Below, one piece after another: positions 1-8,640 of a stretch of 64,000 nucleotides of DNA. Made by a program: the position numbers and the translations under genes. Origin of the DNA: Candidatus Dormiibacterota bacterium. GTDB taxonomy: Bacteria; Chloroflexota; Dormibacteria; Aeolococcales; Aeolococcaceae. Each line of letters begins with the position of its first letter. The first letter of the stretch is position 1. The stretch lies in the NCBI GenBank assembly GCA_963848445.1, contig CAWKDT010000001.1, positions 330,667-394,666 on the forward strand. The letters run 5' to 3'. Below the pieces are notes generated by a model, which did no database searches, was not told where the DNA came from, and saw only the letters and a program-made list of their open reading frames with translations.

Positions 1-328
1 CGACCACGGCGTCGTCGCCCGCGCCGTCTGGACCGCATGCCGGCCGTACCGCGCCCCGTTCGTGCGACGGTTCCTCGTCTTCGAGACGCCGTCGTCGACG
101 GAGTGGGCGTGGCCGCTCCCGGGTTCGGCCTTCAGCCCCAACCACTATGTCGACATCGCCGGCACGCTCGACGTCAAGGTGCGCGCGATGGCCTGCTACG
201 AGAGCGAGTTGCGCGAGTATCCACACCCGCGATCCGAGCGTGCCCTGCGCGAGCGAGCGGCGTTCTGGGGCAGCCACGTCGGCCGCGTCGCCGCAGAGGC
301 GTTCTGCGTGCTACGCGATATCCGATAG
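1..328 (+). CDS. PIG-L/LmbE-family N-acetylglucosaminyl deacetylase, C-terminal part. The 5' end lies outside the window.
   Basis: The reading frame runs in from the window edge. The C-terminal sequence 'HPRSERALRERAAFWGSHVGRVAAEAFCVLRDIR' resembles LmbE-like deacetylase C-termini. It is convergent with and overlaps the sugar transferase 3' end. Confidence 0.45.
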   Translation, partial: DHGVVARAVWTACRPYRAPFVRRFLVFETPSSTEWAWPLPGSAFSPNHYVDIAGTLDVKVRAMACYESELREYPHPRSERALRERAAFWGSHVGRVAAEAFCVLRDIR

Positions 329-979
329 GGGGTCGCCGCCGGCCTTGCGAAGTCCGAGCATCACCGCCAGCGTGCCGATCAACAGCGCGATCGTCGCCGC
401 AACCGTCGGCTGCTGCAGGTACTCCATGTCGAGAGCCACGCGGCGCGGCACCAGGTGGGAGATGTAAAAGCGTTCGGGATCGGCATCAGGAGGCGGCCAT
501 GCCCTGCCCATGAAAACCTGGCACGGCCCGGTCATGCCGGGGCGGTACGCGAACACCTCACGCAGCTCAGGGGGATACTGGCGCGCGAGTCCCGGCGTCT
601 CCGGCCGGGGGCCGACCAGGCTCATCTCACCCCGCAACACGTTGCCGAACTGCGGCAACTCGTCGAGATGCGCGGCGCGGAGCACTCTGCCCACCCGGGT
701 CACCCGGGGGTCATCCGGCACGGTGAACTCGGGTCCACTCGAGCGGGCGCTCATCGTGCGGAATTTGTAGAGGGTGAAGGTGGCGCCGCCCTCGCCCACG
801 CGCTGCTGCAGAAAGAGAATCGGTCCGCGGCTCGTACAGCGGATGGCGAGCGCGATCACGAAGAGCACGGGGAGCCCTGCCACCAGGACGATCGCCGAGA
901 CCGCGAGGTCGAGGGAACGCCGCGCCGCGCCGACACCGGCACGACGCCATGCGAGGGCGCTCGAGTCACTCACTGTCAT
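311..979 (-). CDS. Bacterial sugar transferase (WbaP/WcaJ-like polyprenyl-phosphate glycosyl-1-phosphate transferase, C-terminal catalytic domain type)
   Basis: An N-terminal TM helix is followed by a conserved 'ILFLQQRVGEGGATFTLYKFRTM...DELPQFGNVLRGEMSLVGPRPE' bacterial sugar transferase domain. It is the last gene of the coupled operon. Confidence 0.85.
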   Translation of the reverse strand: MTVSDSSALAWRRAGVGAARRSLDLAVSAIVLVAGLPVLFVIALAIRCTSRGPILFLQQRVGEGGATFTLYKFRTMSARSSGPEFTVPDDPRVTRVGRVLRAAHLDELPQFGNVLRGEMSLVGPRPETPGLARQYPPELREVFAYRPGMTGPCQVFMGRAWPPPDADPERFYISHLVPRRVALDMEYLQQPTVAATIALLIGTLAVMLGLRKAGGDPLSDIA

Positions 980-2175
980 GACGCCTGAGACAGCAGCTGC
1001 AGCCCGGCGGGGGACCGGCCCAGCGCATCCTCGTACAGCTCGCTCAACGCCGATGCCGCCTCCCGCGCTCCGAACCGCCCGTCCACCCAGCGCCTGCCAT
1101 TCTCGGCCATGCGCATCGCTTCACCCGGGTGCTCGAGCAGATGGCTCACCGCCGAGACACAGACCGCGGGTCGCGCGGCCGGGACGAGCAGCCCGGTTTC
1201 GCCGGTGACGATCACCTCGGGCACACCGTTGACCGCGGTGGCCACGACGGGCAGCCCGCATTGCATCGCCTCGACGACCGCGCACGGGAGCCCCTCGTAG
1301 AGGCTGGTCATCACGAAGACGTCGAGCGCGGGCAGCAGGCGCTGCACGTCGTCGCGTTCCCCGATGAAGTGCACCCGGCTGTCGATGCCCATCCGGTGGC
1401 AGCGCGCCTCGACCTCACGGCGCAGGGGTCCATCGCCGATCCACACCGCATGGACGTCCAGACGGCGCAGCCCGCGCACCACCTCCAGAAAATCGAACGG
1501 TGCCTTCTGATCGTCCATCCTTCCGACGGTGCCGATCAGCGCCGTGCCGTCCGGGATGCCGAGGTGCCGGCGGGCAATCCGCCGGCTGGCAGGATCGCAG
1601 CGGACGGAACGATCTTCGATCGAGACCGGGATGACCCGCACTCGCTCGGGCGGCGCGATGCCGAGACGTACCGCGTCGGCGCCCACCGTCGAGCTCACCG
1701 CCACGAAACGGTCCGTCAGCCGGCCCAGGCGGCGCTCGATCGCGATGAGCGCGGCCCGCTGTGGTGGATATTGAAAGCCATGGAAGGGAAAGCCGTGGAA
1801 GGTGTGCACCACGGCGGGCACCCCGGCCCGCCGCGCGGCGATGCGCCCGAGCGCACCGGCCTTCGCGCTGTGCGTGTGCACGACGTCAAACCTCCCGACC
1901 TCGAAGAGCGCGCGCAGCTCGCCGATCCCGGCGATGTCATCACGGGGAGCAACCTCCGGGCGCATGTGACGGAGGATCAAGACCTCCAATCCCTCGGCCC
2001 GGGCACGCTCGACGAGCGGCCCACCGGCCGCGGTGACGATCACCGGCTCGAACCGCTCGCGGTCGAGACCCGCCGCGCCCCGCAATGCCACGCCGCCGGC
2101 TCCCGCGATGAAGCGGGTGACCACCTGCGCGACGCGTATCCGGCCGGACGGCGCGCGCATCGTCCGCCGCGTCAT
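976..2175 (-). CDS. Family 4 (GT-B) glycosyltransferase
   Basis: A GT4 fold with the 'EGLPCAVVEAMQCGLPVVATAVNGVPEVI' C-terminal motif. The true start is the internal ATG (MTRRTM), which overlaps the flippase stop in an ATGA. The upstream 330 aa of the long ORF is an Arg-rich shadow. Confidence 0.85.
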   Translation of the reverse strand: MTRRTMRAPSGRIRVAQVVTRFIAGAGGVALRGAAGLDRERFEPVIVTAAGGPLVERARAEGLEVLILRHMRPEVAPRDDIAGIGELRALFEVGRFDVVHTHSAKAGALGRIAARRAGVPAVVHTFHGFPFHGFQYPPQRAALIAIERRLGRLTDRFVAVSSTVGADAVRLGIAPPERVRVIPVSIEDRSVRCDPASRRIARRHLGIPDGTALIGTVGRMDDQKAPFDFLEVVRGLRRLDVHAVWIGDGPLRREVEARCHRMGIDSRVHFIGERDDVQRLLPALDVFVMTSLYEGLPCAVVEAMQCGLPVVATAVNGVPEVIVTGETGLLVPAARPAVCVSAVSHLLEHPGEAMRMAENGRRWVDGRFGAREAASALSELYEDALGRSPAGLQLLSQAS

Positions 2176-3479
2176 GCCGAGCCCTCCTGGGTGCCGACGC
2201 GTCGCGCGCCGAGCGCCGCCGGCCTGCTCTGGGTGACGAAGAACGCGACGCATGCCGCGGTGGTGGTCAGGTATGCCGCTGTCGAGGCGACCGCGGCGCC
2301 CGCGATGCCCATCTTGGGGATCAACAGGAGGTCCAGGGCGATCGTGACGACGACACCCGCGGCGACACCCGTCGATGCCCTCCCCGGCATACCGTGGCCG
2401 TAGAGGTACGCGATGGCAACCGCCGCGACGCCCTCGCCGGCGAGACCGATGAGGAGGATGCATGCGGGGACCACGGCGGGCTTGAAGGCGCTCCCGAACA
2501 GGACGGGGATGACGACAAACGACAGCGCCGCCAGCGGGACGGCGGCGGCGGCGACGGCGAGTCCCGCGCGGCGCATGGTGGCACGCGCCGCGGCGCGCGG
2601 CGCGGCCCCGTCGCCACGCGCGAATCGTGGATACGCGACCCACAGCACCGCATCCGAGGGCTGACGGAGGAGTTCCGCGTATTTCGACGCCACCGCATAG
2701 ATTCCGAGCGCCGCCGGTCCCGCGACGAGGTCGACGATGATGAAGTCGAAGCGCAGGTTCATCAGCAACAAGACATTGCCGACCTGACCACGAATGGAGT
2801 ACCGCCATATCTCGCGGGCGAGGGCGAGGTCGATGCCGCCGCCATGTCGAAAGAACCCGCGCCGCCGCAGTCGCATGCCACCGATCACCGCCGTGCTGAG
2901 GCGCGAGGCGAGCAACGCGACGACGATGAGCGCGCCGTCGCGGAGTCCGGCCAGCCACAGCGCGCCGAAGGCGGGCAGGAACGTCGCCTCTTCGAGCAGG
3001 ATGATGAGGTTGCTGCCCGGGAGGTCGTTGTCGCCCTGACAGAATGACTTGAAGCTCGAGACCGCCATCTGGCTGAGCACGAGGATCCCGGTGAACGCGA
3101 CCATGCCCAGCCCGAGCTCCGGGAGGAGCAGGTGCCCGATGAGCGGCGACAGGGCGACCCATCCCAGGGCGCCGAGGACGGATCCACCTGCGGCGAGCCC
3201 GAGCAGCGTGGGAGGCAGGCTGCGTTGCTCGCCGCGCGTCCCTCCCAGGAAGTACGGCGCCGCGAGCGGCAGCCCGCCCGTGCCAAGGAACCCCGCGAGG
3301 GGCGGCAGCACCCGCAGCAGCGCGAGCGCGCCGACCCAGACGGGCCCGGCGGTGCGTGCCACGAGCAGCGTCGCCACTCCGACGGCGAACAGGGCGCCGA
3401 CCCGGGCGCCGAGATTGGTCAGGACCAGCCGGGCGCCACCGCCACGGATGAGCGCCACGCGAGCGCCGGCGAATTTCAT
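2172..3479 (-). CDS. Polysaccharide biosynthesis protein / Wzx-type flippase (MOP superfamily)
   Basis: About 12 predicted TM segments with a typical Wzx C-terminal region. The start 'MKFAGARV' overlaps the upstream stop in an ATGA. Confidence 0.75.
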   Translation of the reverse strand: MKFAGARVALIRGGGARLVLTNLGARVGALFAVGVATLLVARTAGPVWVGALALLRVLPPLAGFLGTGGLPLAAPYFLGGTRGEQRSLPPTLLGLAAGGSVLGALGWVALSPLIGHLLLPELGLGMVAFTGILVLSQMAVSSFKSFCQGDNDLPGSNLIILLEEATFLPAFGALWLAGLRDGALIVVALLASRLSTAVIGGMRLRRRGFFRHGGGIDLALAREIWRYSIRGQVGNVLLLMNLRFDFIIVDLVAGPAALGIYAVASKYAELLRQPSDAVLWVAYPRFARGDGAAPRAAARATMRRAGLAVAAAAVPLAALSFVVIPVLFGSAFKPAVVPACILLIGLAGEGVAAVAIAYLYGHGMPGRASTGVAAGVVVTIALDLLLIPKMGIAGAAVASTAAYLTTTAACVAFFVTQSRPAALGARRVGTQEGSA

Positions 3480-4759
3480 GCGCTGCGCTCCACGCCCCAG
3501 ATGCTCACCGCCGCGACGACCGCGAGCGCGGTCCACACGTAGTCAAAGTGCAGCAGCTCGTAGATGTTCGCCGTGATCGCGTAGGCCACGAGCAATCCCA
3601 CCAGCGCGCCCGGATGGCGCAGCACCGCCGCGAAGCGAGACTGGAGCGGGCCCAGCACCCGGCGTGCGTTGAAGGCGATCACGAGCAGCAGCAGGAACAG
3701 ACCGATGCCACCGATCAGACCGCGCTCCGCGATCGAGGCGGTGAAGTCGCTGTGTGCTTCAAACGCCACGCTCGCCTGTTGCGCCTGCAGGGTCGGCTTG
3801 GTCGCGCCGGGTCCGATGCCGATGAGTCCGCCATGTTCGACGAGCGCGAGCGTCTCGTGCAGCAGCGTGTCGCGACCCGCGGTGGTCTGTGCGAATCGGC
3901 CCACGTAGTCACGCAGCAGCGGGGTGCTCGCCGCCGCATCGTTGACTACGGTGTTGATGTTCACCTGGGAGCCGATCACCCCGCCCACGAGCACGACTGC
4001 GCAGGCACCCGCGATCGTCGGGACGACGCCGTACCGCCGGGCCATGGCGATGCCGGTCGCCACCGCGCACGCGGCGAGGACGGCGATCGAAAAACCGTTC
4101 GAGCCGGTGAAGACGATCGCCGCGAGCAGGAGGGCGCCCGCCCCCACCCTCGCGATCCGGCGCCGCGGGGTCGCCGACGCCCAGACGATCATCAGGCTCG
4201 AGGCGAAGTACCCGGCCGCGATATTGGGATCGCCGAACGTGATCGAGGCGCGGTTCCCCTCGCGTGCGGTGATTCCCGACAGCACGTCGATGTTGGCCAG
4301 CGCGCCCAGCAGCATCAGACCCGCCCACACCAGGCTCGCGTATGCCCAGGTTCGCAGCACCGGGGACAGCCCGCCGGGAGTCCGGCATATGGTCACGACC
4401 GTGGTGCTCCAGGCGAGGAGAAACAGGTCCTGCAGCACGGCGAGCAGCCCGCTTCCGGGATAGACGCTGAAGAACGAGGCGATCAACCCGCCGAGTGCCA
4501 TCACGCCGACGGGCACCACGTACGGCACGCGAATGGGCAGGCGATCCGCGAGGGCCCAGCACAACGTCGCCGCCATGGACAGGGCCATGAGGCAGTCGGC
4601 GGGGGCGACGTTCCCGGGACCCGAGGGCTGGAGAAACGGCAGGATCGCGATGGCCGCGCATGTGGTGCCGACGGCCAACCGGCGCCACGGCAGCAGGGCG
4701 GGCCGCGCCGCCATGCGCCGGGGCAGCACGAGCCGGCGGTCGAGCACCATCGCCATCAC
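3476..4759 (-). CDS. O-antigen ligase/polymerase-like membrane protein (Wzy/WaaL family)
   Basis: A multi-TM protein with an O-antigen-ligase-like periplasmic loop ('FTGSNGFSIAVLAA'). It sits between the flippase and a kinase. Confidence 0.65.
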   Translation of the reverse strand: MMAMVLDRRLVLPRRMAARPALLPWRRLAVGTTCAAIAILPFLQPSGPGNVAPADCLMALSMAATLCWALADRLPIRVPYVVPVGVMALGGLIASFFSVYPGSGLLAVLQDLFLLAWSTTVVTICRTPGGLSPVLRTWAYASLVWAGLMLLGALANIDVLSGITAREGNRASITFGDPNIAAGYFASSLMIVWASATPRRRIARVGAGALLLAAIVFTGSNGFSIAVLAACAVATGIAMARRYGVVPTIAGACAVVLVGGVIGSQVNINTVVNDAAASTPLLRDYVGRFAQTTAGRDTLLHETLALVEHGGLIGIGPGATKPTLQAQQASVAFEAHSDFTASIAERGLIGGIGLFLLLLVIAFNARRVLGPLQSRFAAVLRHPGALVGLLVAYAITANIYELLHFDYVWTALAVVAAVSIWGVERSA

Positions 4760-5781
4760 GCAGCTCCGGGCAGTGCCGCGGACGGCATGCGAGCCAGCAC
4801 ACGCAGGTGGTCGCGCGCGAAGCCGTCGTCGTCGGCTCGCGCCGCCACCTCCGCAACGCCCGCAACGACGGCATCGCGCCAGAGTTCCCCGGGCACACCG
4901 AGACGGCGCATGCCGAGGCGGAGGAAGGCACGCAAGAGATCACAGATCCACCCGTCACCGTCCAGCAGGTAGTGGATGCCACAGCCCCAGGTGGTGGCGC
5001 GGAGGCCCGGATGTCCGGCCACCGACGCTCCCGGACGGGTGTGCCTGTCGAGGTAGAGAGCGTACGTGAGCGCAAACCTGGCAAGGTCGCGCAACGGCTC
5101 GCCGCGCAACTCGGCCTCCTCCCAGTCGACGACACCCGTCACCGCTCCGTCGCCCACCAGCACATTGCCGCACCAGAGATCGCCGTGGACGGCGGTGCGA
5201 GGCGCGCGGTGACGCCGCAGCGTCGCGCACGCGTGCTCCACACGGGCGAGCACCTCCGGCAGCTCGGGTTCGCCGCGAAAACGTTCGCGCAGACGCTGCA
5301 CCGTCCCACCGTCCATCTCGACGCACGCCTCGCCGTCCGCGGTCTCCTGATGAAACCGGCTGAGCCACTCGGCGACTGCGCCGAGGTCGCTCGCGACGCG
5401 GCGCGGCGACCGCGTATGTCTCCAGCGGTGGTAGAGCGTCGTCATCGGCGTTCCGGGGAGGAGCGTGAGCACCATCGCGTCGAGACCACCGGAGCTCACG
5501 GTCTCGAGCGGCAGCGGCGCCGTCGACCGGATGACGCTCGAGCCGAGGTTGTGCAGCGCATCGAGCATGCGCCGCTCGCGCGCCACCGCGGCGGCGCCGG
5601 CCGCGGTCGTCGGCACCTTGACCGCCAGACGCGGCAGCCGCGGATCGTCCGGCAGCACCAGCACGGTCACCTTGCCGTTGGGATCGCGCGACGCGCCCAG
5701 CACCGCCATGCGCACGCTCGGGTCTCCGACGATGTCCAGGAGGTCGCGGCGGGATCCGGTGACCGCCGCCATGGCGGTCAT
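4756..5781 (-). CDS. Phosphotransferase-family kinase (APH / choline-ethanolamine kinase fold)
   Basis: Brenner motif 'HGDLWCGNVLV' and a downstream 'VVDWEEA' (DxE/D) motif typical of the APH/ChoK superfamily. Confidence 0.7.
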   Translation of the reverse strand: MTAMAAVTGSRRDLLDIVGDPSVRMAVLGASRDPNGKVTVLVLPDDPRLPRLAVKVPTTAAGAAAVARERRMLDALHNLGSSVIRSTAPLPLETVSSGGLDAMVLTLLPGTPMTTLYHRWRHTRSPRRVASDLGAVAEWLSRFHQETADGEACVEMDGGTVQRLRERFRGEPELPEVLARVEHACATLRRHRAPRTAVHGDLWCGNVLVGDGAVTGVVDWEEAELRGEPLRDLARFALTYALYLDRHTRPGASVAGHPGLRATTWGCGIHYLLDGDGWICDLLRAFLRLGMRRLGVPGELWRDAVVAGVAEVAARADDDGFARDHLRVLARMPSAALPGAA

Positions 5782-6200
5782 GCGCGCCAGCCGACCGCGA
5801 TCCGCGAGCGCAGCAGGCGGCGTGCCGGCTTGAACCGCCCCGCCACACCGCCGGCGCGGAGCAGGGCGGCGGCCGGACCGGCGAGTCGCACCAACCCCGG
5901 GGGGACACTCAAAAACGCGCTGCAGAGCAGCGCCAGCGGCACCGCGTCGTCCTCGACGAGGTACGCGGGCGACGCCGCCGACGGAAGCGCGATCAGCTCA
6001 CGAGTGACACGGACACCGGCGGCGCGGGCCAGCGCATGCACAGAGGTGCTGCTGCCGCGCAGGACCACACCACGTCCTCGAGGCAGCGCGCGCAGCCTGG
6101 CGGCGGCAGCGTGGCGGGCGCGGCGCCCGCGCGGCACGTCGACGACCACCGCGTCCGCCGCGGTGAGCACCTGGTATCGCTGCGCCCACGTCGCGTTCAA
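5778..6200 (-). CDS. Hypothetical protein (Ala/Arg-rich, 140 aa)
   Basis: It is translationally coupled (4-nt overlaps) to both neighbours within the operon. No recognizable motif was found. Confidence 0.4.
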   Translation of the reverse strand: MNATWAQRYQVLTAADAVVVDVPRGRRARHAAAARLRALPRGRGVVLRGSSTSVHALARAAGVRVTRELIALPSAASPAYLVEDDAVPLALLCSAFLSVPPGLVRLAGPAAALLRAGGVAGRFKPARRLLRSRIAVGWRA

Positions 6201-7654
6201 TTCATCCCCGCGATCGGTCGCATCCGGGCGACGGGACGGACGATGCCGTTGCGGACCAGGATGTCGAGCCCGGCGGTGACGCCGCGGTCATCCAGGTGCG
6301 GCACGCGCTCGGGAGCCGCGGTGTCGTAGCGGAACCTCAGCGTCGACCGTCCCTGCGGATCCACCGCGGAGAGCCCGCGCTTTTCGAAATCGGCGATGAT
6401 CGTGCCCGTTCCGTGGCACGTCGTGTGCAGGGTGGCATCGGCATCGTCGCCCGCGACGCAGAGGAAGGAGGACGTGCGGTTGGACCCTGGAAGGAGCACC
6501 GGTTGACCGGTCGTGGCAAACACGGGGTGCGCTGCCATCATCGCCGCGGGAAACGCGCGTGAGGAATTGTGGCGGTGCATCACGACGCTCTCGCCGCGCA
6601 GCTCCTCCTCGTACATCGAGTCGTGCGGCGAGTCGACGATGAGCCGGTCGCGGTTGATCCCCAGCACCTCGCGCGCGATGCCGCGCAGGGCCGCATACGT
6701 GGCCAGGCGGAACGCGAAGCCGTAGTTCATCGCCAGCGCGTTGGCGAGGAGCAGGCGATCGCCCTCGGAGCTGTGGCGCGGCACTGCCGGACAACCATCG
6801 CGGAAGTAGAGGCCGAGCCTCGCTCGCAGGTCCGCGACCGAGCGCGCGGAGGCCAGGTGGTACAGGGGCTTCTCCACCGCCATCACCGCACGATGCTTGC
6901 GCGGATAGTCGATACGCCGCCCGAACAGGCGCCCGATCGCACCGGTCAGGATCCCTCCGCCACCGTGGTACTGCAGCGTGAGCTGGCCCGCCACGATCCC
7001 CAGCCGGCGCGCCGTCTCCGGCTCGTAGATCTCCTCGACACGCTGCAGCTCGATGAAGTGGTTGCTGGGACCGATGATCCCGAAGCGGAAGCGCGACAGC
7101 TGGATGAGCAGCCAGGGGAGCTGCCGTCGCGCGCGGTGGATGCCGCCATACGCGTCGAGGTCCAGCCGGCCTCCCTCCTCGATGCGATCGAGGTCGGCGG
7201 CCGCGATGCCATACCGCTCGGCGGCGAAGCGGGCGCCGTCGAGGGCGCACCGCGCAACCTCATCCGACGACAGGTCAAAGCGGTTGCCGGACGGGTACGG
7301 CAACCGCTTCCGGACGCTGTCGAAGAACGCAGCCAGGGCGGTATCGGATGGCTCGTCGGTGTCGAACGCCATCAGCGCCATGCCGCAGTTCACGGCCGCG
7401 CTCGTGAGCGTCGGACGGATCGTCTCGCGCGTTGCGATGGCGATGCTCGACGGCATCTCGACGTTGCGCTTGTGGTGGAAGTCCGGGAGCACCACCGGCG
7501 GCGCCGCGAGATCCATGCCGCGCACGGATTCCTCCAGGCGCTCGACGAGCGCCGCATCGGCCCGCGTGTCGTCGCTCTCGAACACCGACGGCTTGGAGGT
7601 GCTTCCACCCCGGTACGAGGTGACGGGCAGTGGCAGCGCCGGCGCGGCCATCAT
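6197..7654 (-). CDS. RtcB-family (RNA 3'-phosphate ligase-like) protein
   Basis: 'IGPSNHFIELQRVEEIY' matches the RtcB 'GSGNH[FY]xEIQ' motif. The N-terminal 'PDFHHKRN...AAVNCGM' region and C-terminal 'CHGTG' resemble the RtcB metal-site motifs. The chosen start is the internal ATG-ATG overlapping the upstream stop (ATGA). The 104 aa upstream in the ORF track is an Arg-rich GTG-initiated extension. Confidence 0.7.
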   Translation of the reverse strand: MMAAPALPLPVTSYRGGSTSKPSVFESDDTRADAALVERLEESVRGMDLAAPPVVLPDFHHKRNVEMPSSIAIATRETIRPTLTSAAVNCGMALMAFDTDEPSDTALAAFFDSVRKRLPYPSGNRFDLSSDEVARCALDGARFAAERYGIAAADLDRIEEGGRLDLDAYGGIHRARRQLPWLLIQLSRFRFGIIGPSNHFIELQRVEEIYEPETARRLGIVAGQLTLQYHGGGGILTGAIGRLFGRRIDYPRKHRAVMAVEKPLYHLASARSVADLRARLGLYFRDGCPAVPRHSSEGDRLLLANALAMNYGFAFRLATYAALRGIAREVLGINRDRLIVDSPHDSMYEEELRGESVVMHRHNSSRAFPAAMMAAHPVFATTGQPVLLPGSNRTSSFLCVAGDDADATLHTTCHGTGTIIADFEKRGLSAVDPQGRSTLRFRYDTAAPERVPHLDDRGVTAGLDILVRNGIVRPVARMRPIAGMN

Positions 7655-8640
7655 GCGCACGTCGACCGCTCCGCCGCTTCGAGAATGTGGTGCAAGCGCA
7701 GCTCGCAGTGCAGGGGCAGACCAACCTCCACGCAGGCAAGGCGCCGGGTGATCGTGGCGGACGTCTCGGCGATCGCGGGATGGATGGGGCCGAGCCCGGT
7801 TGCGGTGGCCACGGTCGCGGCGAACTCCCAATACCGCCGCAGCTCCCCGGCCATGTACGTCCCACCGGTCAGCGAGCGCGCCGCCGCGATCGAGCTGCAT
7901 TGCGTGACGGCCAGGGCGCCGTCCACGCTGCGCCGGAGCACGACGACGACGTCCGGGGTCAGGCACGCGGCGCGCTGCGGTAGCGCCGTCTCACGCCGGC
8001 CATGCGGCATCCGCCGGCCCGTGGCTCCCTCGACACGGACGGGCTCGACCACGCCCCAACACTGCGTGCCGTCGCTGACGCAGAGGTTGTCGGAGGTCGC
8101 GACCCCACCCTGGCGCAACTCGCGCATGAGCAGCGTGGTCTTGCCGGCACCCGCGGGACCGGCGAGGAGCATCGCGCTGCCCCCGGCACCGAGCACCGCC
8201 GCGTGGAGCGGCACCGCGCCGCGGGTCGACGCCCACCACATCGCCGGGTACTGCAGGAGCGCGGCGCGCACCAGGAGGTGGAAACGCGCACGCAGCGCCA
8301 TCGAGGCACCCCGCGTGGCCGGCGGGGGCCGCCAGCGGTAGGTGATCACCGGACGGTCGTCGATCACGCTGAGTCGCAGGTCGAACCCCGAGGTGCAGAC
8401 GTCGCGCATCACCAGGTCGCCCGCACCGGCCCATGCGGACCGCGACAGCGGCGTCAACCCGGACGTTTCGAAGGCATCGCGTGAGCGCTCGACTCGGATG
8501 GAGAGCTGCGTGGGTCCTGCCGGAACCGCAGCCTCGGGCCTCATCGTGTCCGCGCAGCATTCGGCCAGGAGCCGGGCCACCCAGGGCAACTCGCAGTCCA
8601 CTCCGACGCGCACGCCGGCGGTGCTGACCACGGCTTGCAT
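7651..8640 (-). CDS. HPr-kinase-related P-loop kinase (HprK C-terminal-like domain)
   Basis: Walker A 'GPAGAGKTT' is followed by 'SDN' and a Gly-rich segment, as in HprK-related kinases. There is no HPr-kinase N-domain. Confidence 0.55.
   Translation of the reverse strand: MQAVVSTAGVRVGVDCELPWVARLLAECCADTMRPEAAVPAGPTQLSIRVERSRDAFETSGLTPLSRSAWAGAGDLVMRDVCTSGFDLRLSVIDDRPVITYRWRPPPATRGASMALRARFHLLVRAALLQYPAMWWASTRGAVPLHAAVLGAGGSAMLLAGPAGAGKTTLLMRELRQGGVATSDNLCVSDGTQCWGVVEPVRVEGATGRRMPHGRRETALPQRAACLTPDVVVVLRRSVDGALAVTQCSSIAAARSLTGGTYMAGELRRYWEFAATVATATGLGPIHPAIAETSATITRRLACVEVGLPLHCELRLHHILEAAERSTCA

Noticed and set aside
37-513. 158-aa plus-strand ORF at the window start
   Set aside because: It is a different frame from the PIG-L-like reading frame entering from the window edge. 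It overlaps the sugar transferase gene, and is Arg/Pro/Ala-rich.
976-3162. 728-aa ORF extending the GT4 glycosyltransferase by ~330 N-terminal residues
   Set aside because: The extension is extremely Arg/Gly/Pro-rich ('RRRRRRRPAGG...'), typical of an out-of-frame GC-rich shadow. It completely overlaps the flippase gene on the same strand in another frame. An internal ATG with an ATGA overlap to the flippase stop gives a normal ~400-aa GT4.
3548-6279. Long plus-strand ORFs 3548..4972 and 4660..6279
   Set aside because: They are antisense to the ligase, kinase and hypothetical genes of the operon. They are Arg/His/Gly-rich with no motifs.
6197-7966. GTG-initiated 104-aa N-terminal extension of the RtcB-like ORF
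   Set aside because: It is Arg-rich and low-complexity, and it overlaps the HprK-like gene. The internal ATG-ATG overlapping the upstream stop fits the operon-wide coupling pattern and the typical RtcB length (~480 aa).
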